Shown here: positions 35,886 to 50,425 of the stretch, piece by piece
Position numbering within the stretch: the first letter of the stretch is position 1
Layout of the letters: the number at the start of each line of letters is the position of its first letter
NCBI RefSeq assembly: GCF_947568905.1
Contig: NC_079167.1
Coordinates: 19,220,001 to 19,284,000, forward strand
DNA from: Ostrea edulis
Taxonomy: Eukaryota
Direction: 5' to 3'
Length of the DNA stretch: 64,000 bases
Translations under genes and position numbers: made by a program
Notes under the pieces: model-generated
What the model saw: the letters and a program-made list of their open reading frames with translations, nothing else
What the model was told of the DNA's origin: nothing
Databases searched by the model: none

Positions 35886-38070
35886 CATGAAGGCCAATAT
35901 CATGTGAAGTTTCAATGATAAAGTTCAGACGGTGCTTGAGAGATTGCAAAAAAAAAAGTAACATGTTGACGCCAAATTCACCATATCATAAGCTGGTTCA
36001 ACTTTGTCGTAACTGAGGAAAATCTTTGACCTTTCCGTGGACAATATAAAAGTAATAACACACTAGCAAACATTTCTCACGAAAATTTATTGTGACAGGT
36101 ATCGTTCAATTTGTTTGAAGTTGGGTATCGCCAACAGCAGGAACGGATGAATACGACTTAACGAAGATAATCTTGTATGAGAGATGAACTGTTCACAGCA
36201 TGTCCGTTTTCAATGAACTCTCTCCACGGCAAAATTTAACAAATAATGTATATCATCTATAGAAAACAAAAAAAGGGACTGGGGCATAAGAACGTATCAA
36301 TTCCTATGTCATTTTTGAAACGAAATCGATTGTCTTTTATTTCATATGCATGCGCTCACTGGTTTCCCCCCCGGAATTTTACCCGTCTGTAATGAGTATT
36401 AAACATTGGATCCGGGGCGGACAAGCACCTCGTCTGGGGGGAACTGCGCATTATAGTGGTTTTAACCAGAAACTTCAATAAAACAAACCAAAATATAGCG
36501 TGAAAACACTATATCACCGATTAAATTGATAAATCCCATACATTAAGCTGAATTTTACAGATATATGTATTCAACAGAGTGCATTAATAACGAAAATATG
36601 ACCGCCGTCTGCATGTCTACGGAGTAGATTTTTAACAGAATTTTCATTCCAGTTTAATATGCATTTTGCATCATTTTTCAATGATAATAGAATCGATGTT
36701 AAGAGGCAATAAGTGGCTTTTTTCTAGAAATGAAATGAAAAGAATTTGTTCATCAAAGTGTCTTCTGAAACGTCCATAAATTCTGCACCGTGCCAAGCTT
36801 TATATTGCGTTCCCGTCTAAAATATATGGACAAAATTTAATCATGTAAAGACCAAAAAAAAATCCACGAGAGTAGAATGTGCAATTAAAAATTTTTTAAC
36901 ACATAGAAGAGGCACATAAACTCAACTTTAATTTATCTGAGGTGCATTTTGCACGGTTAATTAAAGGACCGGGCTAGGGCGTCACTTCAGATTGACACGT
37001 TAAGACACCAATATATAACAGACAGGGTGTATATTATTTTAGGAGCTGACACCAGAAAAGTGCAGCGGTTTGCTCTGTTCAGTGCTAAGTACGCCAGGTT
37101 TCATTTTTTCATCGAAAAAAAGCAAACTTGTGTCGATGATCTCATTATTTTTATAAATAGAGAGGACTTCTTCGATGACTGGTGAGGATCAGCACGTAAT
37201 TAGTGAACACTTACGATGTGTTAGTGATTGATTTACAGCTTCCCAATCTGTTTAATCGGTTGTGGTAATGTTAGAAACTGTAGCTAGCCTACTTCATACT
37301 GAAAGAATGGTTCCCTTGTGTTAATTACCGCTGTACAGTTATAGGTGCTCTCATTTACAAAACATAGAAAAATAAATAAAACTGATAAAACATTGAACGA
37401 ATCTCATATTCTTATAGTTTTCTATTTAGTAACTTCGGGCATTGATCTCTTTATTCATTGATATGAAAGTTTCACAATCCATTTTCACGTTTATGGGATC
37501 AGTCATCAACATTTATTTTGGGAATTCTAGATAATACCAAAGCCTGGTCTTGACCTTGACCTCCTTTTCGCTGACCCTATTCCTTTTAATGACGTTTTCT
37601 GTTTTATCAGCAGTGACTGCGGTGTTGCTCGTCCTGTATGATGAACATCCCCTTAAAACGAAAAGAACTGCTTTTTGTCATCATCGATCATGAAATTGAC
37701 ATCAATTTCTTAGCAGTGATTGCTTCCAGTCATAATTATTCTAGTTTACAGGCTAAACACATAGTGATATTTCAAATGTATTTAAAAAGTATTTTCATGA
37801 TCTTGCTAAGAGTTAGATTTTGAAGTAGACGATAAATAATTAATCAATTTTGTTATTTATGTTACATGCTCGTCGTACATGTTACAATGATAATATTGTC
37901 CAATCTTTTATCCTATACACGTATGTAAAAGTTTGAGCGAATAAGTTCAGTCTTCCCTTGGAGGTTTATGACTCTCGGGAACAAAAATTCCGTGAATGTT
38001 TTTAGGTCGCCATACACAGAATTTAAAAAAAGGAATTGTATTTAAAAAAAATAGCATATATCACACAGAC

Positions 38071-38303
38071 GAAAGGTGAAGATAATGAACAGTGACCAAT
38101 CTCATAACTCCTATAAGGAATACAAAATAGAGAGTTGGGCAAAAATGGAACCCTGGACACACCAGAGGTGGGATCAGGTGCTTAGGAGGAGTATGCATCC
38201 TGTGTCGACCGGTCACACCCGCCGTGAGCCTTATATCTTGATCGGGTAAACGGAGAGCGAGTAATCCGTAGTCAAAATCAGTGTGCCAAGAACGGCCTAA
38301 CAA
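38071..38303 (-). mobile_element. Naiad-type PLE 3' fragment G
   Basis: Reverse complement of the family 3' UTR. Confidence 0.8.
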
Positions 38304-38559
38304 TAATTTTAAAAAAAAAACGTAATGTGCAGTTTATCAGAGATAATTGTATTATTTCAAGAAAAGTTTGCAAATTCCTATGAGAGAAAGAATCGATTGA
38401 AAATACCCGTGCATTACCCACGAAGAGAGAGTTGATTGAAAGCATCCGTGGGAAATTACCGGTTGTGAGAAAGAGCACCGATTGAAAGTATCCGTTGGTT
38501 GCCGGTGATGAGGGAGATAGAGAAAAGGAGACGGAATGGATTGAAAACATCCGTGAATT

Positions 38560-39200
38560 ACAGATGATGAGAGAAAGAATCGATTTAAATGTCCGTAAGT
38601 TACCAGAATGAAAGAGAGAATATATTGAAAGCAACCGTGGATTACCGGTAATGAGAGAGAAAGAGAAAAATTCGGTTGAAAACATCCTTGAGTTACCGGT
38701 GATGAGTGACAGAATCGATTTAAAACATCCGGGAATCACCGATGATGAGAGACAAAATCGATTTAAAACATCCTTGAGTTACCGATGATGAAACAGAATC
38801 GATTTAAAACATTTGTGAATTACCGGTGATGAGACAGAATCGATATAAAACATCCGTGAATTACCGGTGATGAGAGACAGAATTGATTTAAAACATCTGT
38901 GAATTGCCGGTGATAAGAGACAGAATCGATTTAAAACATCCTTGAGTTACCGGTGATGAGACAGAATCGATTTAAAACATTTGTGAATTACCGGTGATGA
39001 GACAGAATCGATCTTTAAAACATCCGTGAATTACTGGTGATGAGAGACAGAATCGATTTAAAACATCTGTGAATTACCGGTGATGAGAGACAGAATCGAT
39101 TTAAAACATCCTTGAGTTACCGGTGATGAGACAGAATCGATTTAAAACATTTGTGAATTACCGGTGATGAGAGACAGATCCGTGAATTACCGGTGATGAG
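38560..39200. repeat. 41/43-bp minisatellite with a 4-monomer higher-order repeat; degenerate copies from ~38380
   Basis: Unit GAATTACCGGTGATGA(GA)GACAGAATCGATTTAAAACATCCGT with cyclic variants. Confidence 0.95.
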
Positions 39201-41349
39201 AAAGTACACGTGCGTTACTGACCAAAACTTGAAATGTATAAATAGTACATGTTATTCTTACTCAGTGTACTTGTATTAATTTTCTGTTCTCTACAATGAG
39301 CGTAAAAGACTGTCATCGTAATTGTCTTTGTAATTGTTATCGCACTATCTTGGAAAAGTCAAGTTCTCTGACTTCCTCAAGAACATATGTAGTACAAAAA
39401 AAAGTTATCATAAAGTTTTAAATAAGACAACCAGATACGAAACCGTTGGGTTATTTACAATAATCACTTTTGATTACATATTTATTTTCATGTTGCAATC
39501 CCCCTCTTTTGTCAAGCATTTCTTAAGAGCAGTGCACAGCAGGATCAAAACGAAATGAAAAGAGCAATATCCAATACCGCATCACTGTGAACTTTTAAAT
39601 AGAAGCAGGAAGGTATAACATTAATCATAGAGAGAGAAAATGTCTTCGAAATGATTCAATACAGAAGAAAATGCACAGACAACGAATGATTAATAATTCA
39701 AAAGTACAAAATACCAAAAATATGGTGTGATAATTGTAGCAATTTCGGAAAGTCTATTGTGTGAAATAATATGAGTGCAGATAAAGCTGGCTTGTGTTGG
39801 ACATTGTGCATTATCGCATCAATACTAGCGCTCTCCAAGATTCCCATCAGAAATTGGAGTCTTTCCAATCGCGGGACGTCCGACAGTGTAGTTCCTCGTT
39901 CTCTGCTGACGATGGAATCGTGATAGACATGCACTTGTCACTATCGTTTGGTTTAAATGTGGTAAGATCGAGGGGAGCTGTGACATCTATGATGTCACGG
40001 CGTCAGCTGCGCGCACTGTGACGAATACAATGTACAGCGAACCGAATCAAAATAAAACACATAGTACGCTGTGAAACTGACAAGAGTACTTGGGCCTCGG
40101 ATTTTATAGATTATGTAAGCCAGCACTCATATTCTTGTACAAAAGGAATATCAGAATTTGTTCCTCAGAAATTTCGATTTTTATCTTTTAGCTTTGAAAA
40201 TATTTCAGAACTCAATTGTCGATGCATAATACCATTCTGCAAGCTAAACTCACAAACCATCGAATACAGAAACCAACAAACACACAAACTAACATATACT
40301 CAAATCAACAAATAAGTAAACTAACAAACAGCAAAACAGATCGACAAACACACAGATCGATAAACATGCATATTTTCAGAATATTAACTCAAACCAACAA
40401 ACACAAAACAACAAACAAACAGATCGACAAACACACAAACCAACAAGCACATAGAACAATAAACACACGAAACAAACATGTACCATATTGTTGATTTTTG
40501 TCGTAAATTTTGTACGAGGCCGTATTTAACATTTGATAAATGGAGACCGTCACATTCTACATCGAAAGCCTGTCTTGTTGTCTGTAGCAAAGCAATCTAA
40601 CATTGACTATTGGACTGTAAGTGAGAAGTATTGAATATCTAGTGGATTAGTTGCAGAACTGTAACGCTCCGAAAAAGATTATGTTGACAGACCGGTCTGT
40701 CAACATATTTTTTTTTCCGGAGAGCTACAGTTCTGCAGCTACTAGTGGATATACTCTTTGTAACACGGTTACATATGATTAGAAATAATGTGTTAGTGAA
40801 ATACCAAATACTGTGTGACATTTATTACTGTTATTGCACATGAAAAGTATCCATAACTAAAAGATGACACCTCCATACATCTGTTATTTTTAGGTCTAAG
40901 GTCAAGGTTACCAGTTCACATGTAGTAATTAATGACCTGTGAATGAGATTTCTACTATTGTGATTTAGCAATAAAACTTATGAAGAATAGAAGCACAAAC
41001 TAGTTGATCATAACTTCCAAAGGAGCGTACATTTACTGATTTGCTTGTTTGTTGGAGTTTGACAGCGACACACAAAGAAATGTGTTTCACACTTTTGCAT
41101 ACCAAAGGACCTTGAAATGCCATTAGAGCAAGCATAAGTTGAATAAATTATTACATTATGTAATACAAAGCATACAAGTATTTCAAAAGCACTGTTTATG
41201 AATACATTCAGGACTCTCTTTTTGCAAAGCAAAACCAACATTGGCAAATTCAGTAAGATACTGTAACATCGTAGATCGAATTTCCTCTGATAATTTATAT
41301 TTTTGTCCATTGTACGTTATTTTTGTCGTACGTCTACTGCTTATTTTCA

Positions 41350-41751
41350 TAGAATAAGATCGGTGTAATATGATATATAGCGACGTAGAATAAGACCGGT
41401 GTAATATGATATATAGCGACGTAGAATAAGACCGGTGTAATATGATATAACGACGTAGAATAAGACCGGTGTAATATGATATATAACGACGTAGAATAAG
41501 ACCGGTGTAATATGATATATAGTGACGTAGAATAAGACCTGTGTAATATGATATATAACGACGTAGAATAAGACCGGTGTAATATGATATATAACGACGT
41601 AGAATAAGACCGGTGTAATATGATATATAGCGACGTAGAATAAGACCGGTGTAATATGATATATAACGACGTAGAATAAGACCGGTATAATATGATATAT
41701 AGCGACGTAGAATAAGACCGGTGTAATATGATATATAACGACGTAGAATAA
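41350..41751. repeat. 36-bp minisatellite x11
   Basis: Unit TAGAATAAGACCGGTGTAATATGATATATA(G/A)CGACG. Confidence 0.97.
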
Positions 41752-41843
41752 AGTATGTATAGGATCACGTGAAAGATTCTTCATTTTTTCCTTACGTAAA
41801 ATGCGGGTGTCTCTTTTGCAAAAGAAAAAGAAAAAAAAAAGAT

Positions 41844-41845
<2 letters not shown>

Positions 41846-41898
<53 letters not shown>
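41846..41898. repeat. (AT)n microsatellite
   Basis: Direct reading. Confidence 0.97.
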
Positions 41899-41901
<3 letters not shown>

Positions 41902-42040
41902 TATATATATATAGTTTGTTCCTTTTGTCAGTTACCACTTCTTCTCATAGTTCTGAAAATCTTTTTTGATTCCACTAGAAATACAATCCCTTATATTTCA
42001 TGTTCCAAAACTCCATTTTAACGTTAGAAATGTTAAACAT

Positions 42041-42043
<3 letters not shown>

Positions 42044-42083
<40 letters not shown>
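42044..42083. repeat. (AG)n microsatellite
   Basis: Direct reading. Confidence 0.97.
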
Positions 42084-42085
<2 letters not shown>

Positions 42086-42995
42086 TCTTATGGCGGATAT
42101 GTTCTGATTTAGAATCCAGATCCTTAAAATCACAACACCCCCCCCCCCCCCCTCATTCTGTATGTAATATGTACATGTAGTTGACAGCGATCAGCACGTT
42201 AATAAATGACTTTCTACAGACAAGAAAGTACCTGGTGACTCGAGTTTTTCCAAGCATAATCTAGAAGATGAATTACTAAAATTGATAACGGAATCATTAG
42301 AGACTGGCAACTTCTGTGTGTGTTTCATTCAACCTGTTAGCCGAGATTTTGCAATTTTTTAAATACTAGGACCCAGATTTGCAATCAATTTTACAACATT
42401 CATCAAAACATCACGATGCGAGATGAAAACTCATGAGGTTTGGGCTCTTTGTTGTAACAAATAACTGGAAGAAAAGCCATCGATTAAAATGTTAATCCTT
42501 CTTTTTTAACGTAAGGGAATCTTAACAGTTTACCGTCAGGCTTCGTTCAGTTTGTAGATATACCACTGTGAGCCATACACATCGGATACATAGTGACGGC
42601 TTATATACAATATCGGACGAAACATTAGGGTTTAATCTCTTTGTGTTGGGTCAAGATTTGACTATTTTCATCTCATTCATTACGCAGATAAAACCGGTCT
42701 GATGTGATAACTACATGATGGGTAAATTTAGCAGGTGCTTGTTTTGTGTGCGATTATATAGGTGTATATTGATTACTGGTTTAGTGTAATTTCCAAAGTT
42801 ACATTCTACCCACGTTTAACTTGATAACTCAGCATCCCTTAAGCGACAACTTAGAAAATAAAAATCTATAGGTTGCAAATACATGTAATTTATATTGAAA
42901 AATATTTCAAACACCATCGATAATTATGTTCCTTCTTCTGTGACCAAAGTCGAACTAAAGCAATTGGTACGTGGTTACTGGTACAACATGTTAAT

Positions 42996-42997
<2 letters not shown>

Positions 42998-43045
<48 letters not shown>
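42998..43045. repeat. (CT)n microsatellite
   Basis: Direct reading. Confidence 0.97.
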
Positions 43046-43047
<2 letters not shown>

Positions 43048-45234
43048 GTTTCACTATCTTTCTCTCAATCAATCTCAATTGAAATCTTAGAAGACCAAAG
43101 ACTGTCCCATCTGATCTCAAATTAGTCCGTGAAAAGGCTCTTAAAGAGACACCAGAGAAGGCTTTTGTCAATCAGATTTGAGTGGTCCGCGGAACACTGT
43201 CCCTCCTTCTAGCGTTTGTTCTAACAAATCCTTATATCCCCACTGACAAACATGATTAAGGCTGATGAGTATACACTGCTCACTCCATAAAACGCATTAT
43301 GTGTCGATAATGGAAGCTCATTGAAATGACACAATATGGGAGTGGTCTCGACTACTGGCATTTCAACCGGAGACTAGTCAGCACAGTGAAACTCCTCGCC
43401 AAGATGTCCCTCTATTTTCCTGTGAATAGTCTATCCTTTTGTTATACATGATTTCTGACCATATTCATATATTGGAATGCAGGACCTTATCACCCTGGGG
43501 AATAGTGTCAGGTTTCTGTTAGTGGTGACAGGAGCGTTTGGTACAGATATAAACCCAGGAGAAGTAAATAATGCTTCGTTATCAATGCATGAACATGCAA
43601 TCAGTGCGTTAAACAGGTTCCAAACAATAAAATCTTTTCAAAACTAATGATCGAAATGTATTTTCGCATTCGCTATAAAATCGAATTATCTCCCCTGACA
43701 ATGATAATTCGATGGACATGAAAACCCAGTTTCCGCTTTTGTTTCCAGACAGAGGTCCTGCTGTTTGTATGTTACTGGTGTAGAGCATTTGCATTTCTAT
43801 GTTTTAATTGTAATACAGAATATGGGAACCATTATTCGTCTCCGATTCCGTCGCGGGTTTAATATTCAGTATACTAATAGAAATGTATGATATGCATTAA
43901 GTACTTATATTTTTATTAAATGACCACATAATCAAACTTTTTTAGAATGGTAAATCTTATATGAAATCAAGTTTTAAAAAACCCACCTACTACAAACTAC
44001 TGTACAATAATTTTTCTAGTATGACCTTGAAGTAGACATGATATTTGTACTAAAAATAGAGAGCATTGTTTCTTTTCAATCTCAAGAAAACAGTGAAAAG
44101 CAGTTCTGCCCAACCCCCAAAATCTTTCAGTACATGTATGAATTCAATATTCATCGGTATAACCTTGCATTTCCACTACCATTCACCGTCACGATAACAA
44201 ATGACCAGCTAATAATTCGGTCTTTGCATGTATTTAGATGTATAACAAACGTTGTACAATTGTATGTGATAATAACGCGATAAGTACGTCACATGTCAAG
44301 AAAACAGGGGGGGGGGGGAGGTACATGTTGCTGCATGTACATGTCTGCCACTCTAGAGACCGATGCTCGAATTGTGATTAGCTACATGCATATCATTTCA
44401 TAGCGGTCGGTTGTTTCAATGCCTCGAGAAAATATCATTATACGTGCACATACTGTAGATAAAGTAAACTTTGGTGGTGGTGGGGGGGGGGGATCTCCGC
44501 TACTAAACATCAGAAATTTAATCCAATAACCCATGTTTTTGTTAAAAGGGCATTCGTTTACAACATTCTAAAAAATAATCTTCAAAACAGGGGAAGATAT
44601 TTCTGTATCAGAAATGAGCAGCCTTTAATCATCACTAATTTGTATACAAGAGTTGCCGAAGTGACGCATGATTTTTGTAACTTTTTTTTCAAGAGTTCCA
44701 AAATTTTCTAGTTCCGATACCTCGTCTTCTGATACATACATTGGTATTTTTTAATCAATAATACTGCTCTTAACTTGTAATAAATACTTTAAAGATGTTT
44801 ATACATTTTCATTATTGACATTTTAAAAAAAAAATGAAATAGATTGAAGATTAGATTTTTGGCATTTGTTCAAAGATTCATTGAGAATACTGAGAGTGTC
44901 CACTGCATATTAATTTCTATTTTATGTTTGTATGTGTGAAATTCATCAAGACAACAAGTTGTTTATCATTTTTCATCGAACCCCAATTTTTCTTTGTGAA
45001 CGAGCGAGATCACGAACGCAAGTAACCAATGCATTTTTTCTCTTAATGGAAGATGATCACATGGCTATTCACGATATTACCTACCAATGAAACGGCATGT
45101 TTTTAGGCAAAAGGAAAACCATGAAATTTGCAATTCATTTCGCACGAAAATTTATGAAATTTAATTCGCACAAAAATAGAAGAATACTTGTATGACATAG
45201 TGGATACAAAGCTGGGCATGCTACATGTACTTAC

Positions 45235-45452
45235 TAGCGGATACTATGTAATAAGTGTTAGATACTAGTTACTAGTGGATACTATGTATAAGTGTTTAGA
45301 TACTAGTTACTAGTGGATACTATGTATAAGTGTTTAGATACTAGTTACTAGTGGATACTATGTATATGTGTTTAGATACTAGTTACTAGTGGATACTATG
45401 TATAAGTGTTTAGATACTAGTTACTAGTGGATACTATGTATAAGTGTTTAGA
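45235..45452. repeat. 38-bp minisatellite x~5.5
   Basis: Unit TACTAGTTACTAGTGGATACTATGTATAAGTGTTTAGA. Confidence 0.95.
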
Positions 45453-45730
45453 TCATATTGATACATGATTTCAATATTCAGCATTTTATAATCCCGCAAT
45501 ACCTGTGACTTCTGACGCCATTAATATAGAACACATGTAAACAAAATAATCGAGAAACACAACAAACTTCAAACTGTTAACCTGCCGAGTGGTATGAATG
45601 TGTAGGGAACTGTAACAGATGTAAGGAGTTCCATTTCTAATGTATTTACAGTATCTCAGAGAACTTTACGTCACTGCTAAATTATAGATTCTTTCGTTCT
45701 GGAGATTCTGCACTTCTGACCCACAAAATG

Positions 45731-45734
<4 letters not shown>

Positions 45735-45782
<48 letters not shown>
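45735..45782. repeat. (AT)n microsatellite
   Basis: Direct reading. Confidence 0.95.
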
Positions 45783-45790
<8 letters not shown>

Positions 45791-46596
45791 AATCGAAGTG
45801 GGATTCAAACTGGCCACAATTAACTTGAAATCTGGATCTTATCAGTCAGCACGTTAGTTTGGGTGTACATGCATGAAAAACATACGATTTATTAGGGTTA
45901 AAGTACGAATAATATGTGTACAAAAATGATTCCAGAGGAGAACCGCATAAAAAGTCCGCTGGCATCCAATTTTTCAGCGAAATTAGAGGTCTGGCATGTT
46001 TAATTTCATAAATTTCTCATAAATTTTCACCTTACTTTCACCTTACGTGAAATCAGCAGACATTTCTGAAATACGTTTCATTTATGAAGAATAAATTTTG
46101 GAAGAAAAATTGGTGTATGGCAAGATTTTTTCGGGGAAAATAATTGAATTGTGAAAATGTAAACTGTCGACGATGATATCCACCAAATGCAATGGCTGCA
46201 TGATCTATTACCAAGTTATTTAGAATTCACAGGTCGATGGCCTCATGGTGATAATAAAAATATTTTTCAAGGATTTTCCTTATTTTGAAATGGTTGTAGG
46301 TTAAGATATGATGACCCTGATCTATGTTGGTTTTTTTTTTTATATCTAATGGAGATACGCACCATTCATTTGATGGATCTGTTCTCAATATACCACTGAG
46401 CTAAAGGATGTTTTCTAACATGTTCTTTCATATCCCGTTAAACATCAAAATTAATTATCTGATTAGGAGATTAAAGAGTTAAATATCTTTATTAGCAATT
46501 ATATCATATGAAAACACATGTATTTGTTTGCAACACAAACCAACTATTTCAGGCAATTATTTTATCTGCTATAATTCATATTGATCGAAAAATCTG

Positions 46597-48667
46597 TTAC
46601 TATCCATTAATGACACTACCCACTATCCGTTAATGACACTATCCACTATCCGTTAATGACATTACTTAATATCCATTAATGATACTACTTACTATCCGTT
46701 AATGACATTACTTAATATCCGTTAATGGCGCTACTAACTATCCGTTAATGATAGTACTTACTATCCGTTAATGATACTACCCACTATCCGTTAATGACAC
46801 TGCTGACTATAGTACTTACTATCCGTTAATGACACTACCTACTATCCGTTAATGACATTACTTACTATCCGTTAATGATACTACTGACTATAGTACCTAC
46901 TATCCGTTAATGACATTACTTACTATCCGTTAATGATACTTACTATCCGTTAATGATACTACTTACTATCCGTTAATGACACTACCTACTATCCGTTAAT
47001 GACATTACTTAATATCCATTAATGATACTACTTACTATCCGTTAATGACACTACTTACTATCCGTTAATGACACTACCCACTATCCGTTAATGATAGTAC
47101 TTACTATCCGTTAATGACACTACCCACTATTCGTTAATGGCATTACTTACTATCCATTAATGATACTACTTACTATCCATTAATGACACTACCTACTATC
47201 CGTTAATGACATTACTTAATACCCATTAATGATACTACTTACTATCCGTTAATGACAATACTTACTATCCGTCAATGACACTACTCACTATCCGTTAATG
47301 ATACGACCTACTATCCGTTAATGATACTACTTACTATCCGTTAATGACAATACTTACTATCCGTTAATGACATTACTTACTATCCGTTAATGACACTACC
47401 TACTATCCGTTAATGATACGACCTACTATCCGTTAATGATAGTACTTACTATCCGTTAATGACAATACTTACTATCCGTTAATGACATTACTTACTATCC
47501 GTTAATGGCACTACTAACTATTCGTTAATGATACTACTTACTATCCGTTAATGATACTACTTACTATCCGTTAATGACACTACTTACTATTCGTTAATGA
47601 TACTACTTACTATCCGTTAATGATACTACCTACTATCCGTTCCGTTAATGACACTACTTACTATCCGTTCCGTTAATGACACTACTTACTATCCGTTCCG
47701 TTAATGACACTACTTACTATCCGTTGCGTTAATGACACTACTTACTATCCGTTCCGTTAATGACACTACTTACTATCCGTTAATGACACTACTTACTATC
47801 CGTTAATGACACTACTTACTATCCGTTAATGATACTACTAACTATCCGTTAATGACACTACTTACTATCCGTTCCGTTAATGACACTACTTACTATCCGT
47901 TCCGTTAATGACACTACTTACTATCCGTTCCGTTAATGACACTACTTACTATCCGTTGCGTTAATGACACTACTTACTATCCGTTGCGTTAATGACACTA
48001 CTTACTATCCGTTCCGTTAATGACACTACTTACTATCCGTTGCGTTAATGACACTACTTACTATCCGTTCCGTTAATGACACTACTTACTATCCGTTCCG
48101 TTAATGACACTACTTACTATCCGTTCCGTTAATGACACTACTTACTATCCGTTGCGTTAATGACACTACTTACTATCCGTTCCGTTAATGATACTACTTA
48201 CTATCCGTTAATGACACTACTTACTATCCGTTAATGACACTACTTACTATCCATTAATGACACTACTTACTATCCGTTCCGTTAATGACACTACTTACTA
48301 TCCGTTCCGTTAATGACACTACTTACTATCCGTTCCGTTAATGATACTACGTACTATCCATTAATGACACTACTTACTATCCGTTCCGTTAATGACACTA
48401 CTTACTATCCGTTAATGACACTACTTACTATCCGTTCCGTTAATGATACTACTTGCTATCCGTTCCGTTAATGACACTACTTACTATCCGTTCCGTTAAT
48501 GACACTACTTACTATCCGTTCCGTTAATGATACTACTTGCTATCCGTTCCGTTAATGACACTACTTACTATCCGTTCCGTTAATGATACTACTTACTATC
48601 CGTTCCGTTAATGACACTACTTACTATCCGTTAATGACACTACTTACTATCCGTTCCGTTAATGACA
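46597..48667. repeat. 23/28-bp minisatellite array, ~2.1 kb
   Basis: Unit CTACTTACTATCCGTTAATGACA. A 28-bp variant with duplicated CCGTT (or GCGTT) appears from ~47635 onward. Confidence 0.98.
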
Positions 48668-49185
48668 TCCCTTAATAAAACATTACTTACTATCGGCTAA
48701 TCACATTAATTACAGTGTTTTCGCTGTTTGCCATGTTTATCAGTTTCGTAAAAAGTTAGTCGATGTTTTCCAATCCCCATAAACAATATAAACACGCATT
48801 TTACAGTTTGACACGTCTCTCTCTTTGACTATTCCTACCACGAATACGAAGAGTTGATATACGTGGACTCCGAATTACGAAACTTTCACTAAGGGTTCGT
48901 GGCTAGAAACATGAACGATAAAAAAAAAATTAGGTTCGTTTTTAAAGAGACCTAATTACAAAAAAGTAAGATTTTGTAGTTAAAAAAAATTATTTCCAGT
49001 TTATTACTATAGACCTGTAAAATGGATATCGTATCCAATGTTGCATTTCTAAAGATATTCCGTTTTTGATGGGTTGTAAATAGTACGCACAGTAGTGTAT
49101 TATGTACTTTTCTTTGTTTTCTGCCACGCTATAATGAAAATACCGTTGACGCAGTCTTATAGTGTACATACTAATTTCTTTTCAG

Positions 49186-49395
49186 GTTGTGAAGATGTTA
49201 GTCATCGTCGTTGTGATGTTTGGCATATGCTGGTTGCCTCTCCATTTATTTAACCTCTTGGGAGACTTCACTACTGTTCTTAGAAACGTTCCGCATCAAC
49301 ACATACTGGGCCTATTTCTTAGCGCCCATTGGTTGGCAATGAGTAACAGTTTTGCCAATCCAATCATATATGGATTTACGAATGAAACATTCAGG
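49186..49395 (+). CDS. GPCR gene 2, exon 2 (TM6-TM7)
   Basis: TTTTCAG acceptor, AGG|GTATGG donor, 210 bp, phase 0/0. VVKMLVIVVVMFGICWLPLH...HWLAMSNSFANPIIYGFTNETFR continues exon 1 in frame (LRSKIK|VVKML). Confidence 0.95.
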
Positions 49396-50224
49396 GTATG
49401 GAATCATATTCAGTTCTTTAAAAGACATTACAACTGTAGTTTCTTCGTTATTTGTCGAATACCAACTTTTGCTGTTTTCATGTATGAGCAAATTTAAAGC
49501 AAGAAATCAGTGAAGTACATTTTTAGATAAGAGAAAAGAACGAAATTAACCTTATACAAGTTTTAAACATACAATCGAACGCTTTATTGTATAAAAAAAT
49601 CCACGGAATTGGATACTAACGAAAATTAATGGAACAACCTGTTGCCATAACGCACAAAAATTACGATTTGAGCCAATGAAAATTATCTGCTTATAACTTT
49701 ATATACAATGCGTTTAACCGTCTTCTCATACTAACTTCATCCGAAGAAAACTAAGGCGACAATAAAACGAATATTATACATTTATTGACTATGTTCTAGG
49801 GCAACAATTTGTTTTGTTGGACCCTCGGACTACAATGCTGCCTGAGTGGCCGTGAACTGGCATCGTTTTGGTCTGAGTGTCCAACAAAACATATGCTGTT
49901 CGAAACCACAGTCAATAAATGTTCTATTATACCAATGTAAATTTACATCCATCAAGAATTTGATTTTTCGTCAAAAAATATTTCAATAATGGATCCATAC
50001 TTCTCTCCAAAATGTTGCACCAAATGGCGCTCAGCAACCTTGGTTACATGTTTTTGTGTTATTGCTGTCTCTGTCATTCATAAGGTTTTCAATCTATCCA
50101 TCTCAATAAGCGGCAAGTCTACTTACACTTAACCAGATTCCATTTTTATCGTAGACGAAAACATTATAACTGTACAGTGCAGGATGGGTGTCCTTAATTA
50201 CCATATGTACTCCTGTAACCCCGC

Positions 50225-50229
<5 letters not shown>

Positions 50230-50280
<51 letters not shown>

Positions 50281-50381
50281 ACGAAAATGCAATAACACCC
50301 GACTTTCTTAATGAAAAAGATACAAGGTCAAAAAAGATTTATAAAAGCACTGAAAAGGCCATCACACTGTTGGTTATTTAA

Positions 50382-50421
<40 letters not shown>
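50230..50421. repeat. (AT)n at 50230-50276 and (AG)n at 50385-50421
   Basis: Direct reading. Confidence 0.95.

Positions 50422-50425
<4 letters not shown>

Noticed and set aside
41334-41969. 144-aa and 184-aa repetitive ORFs
   Set aside because: Products of the 36-bp array and (AT)n.
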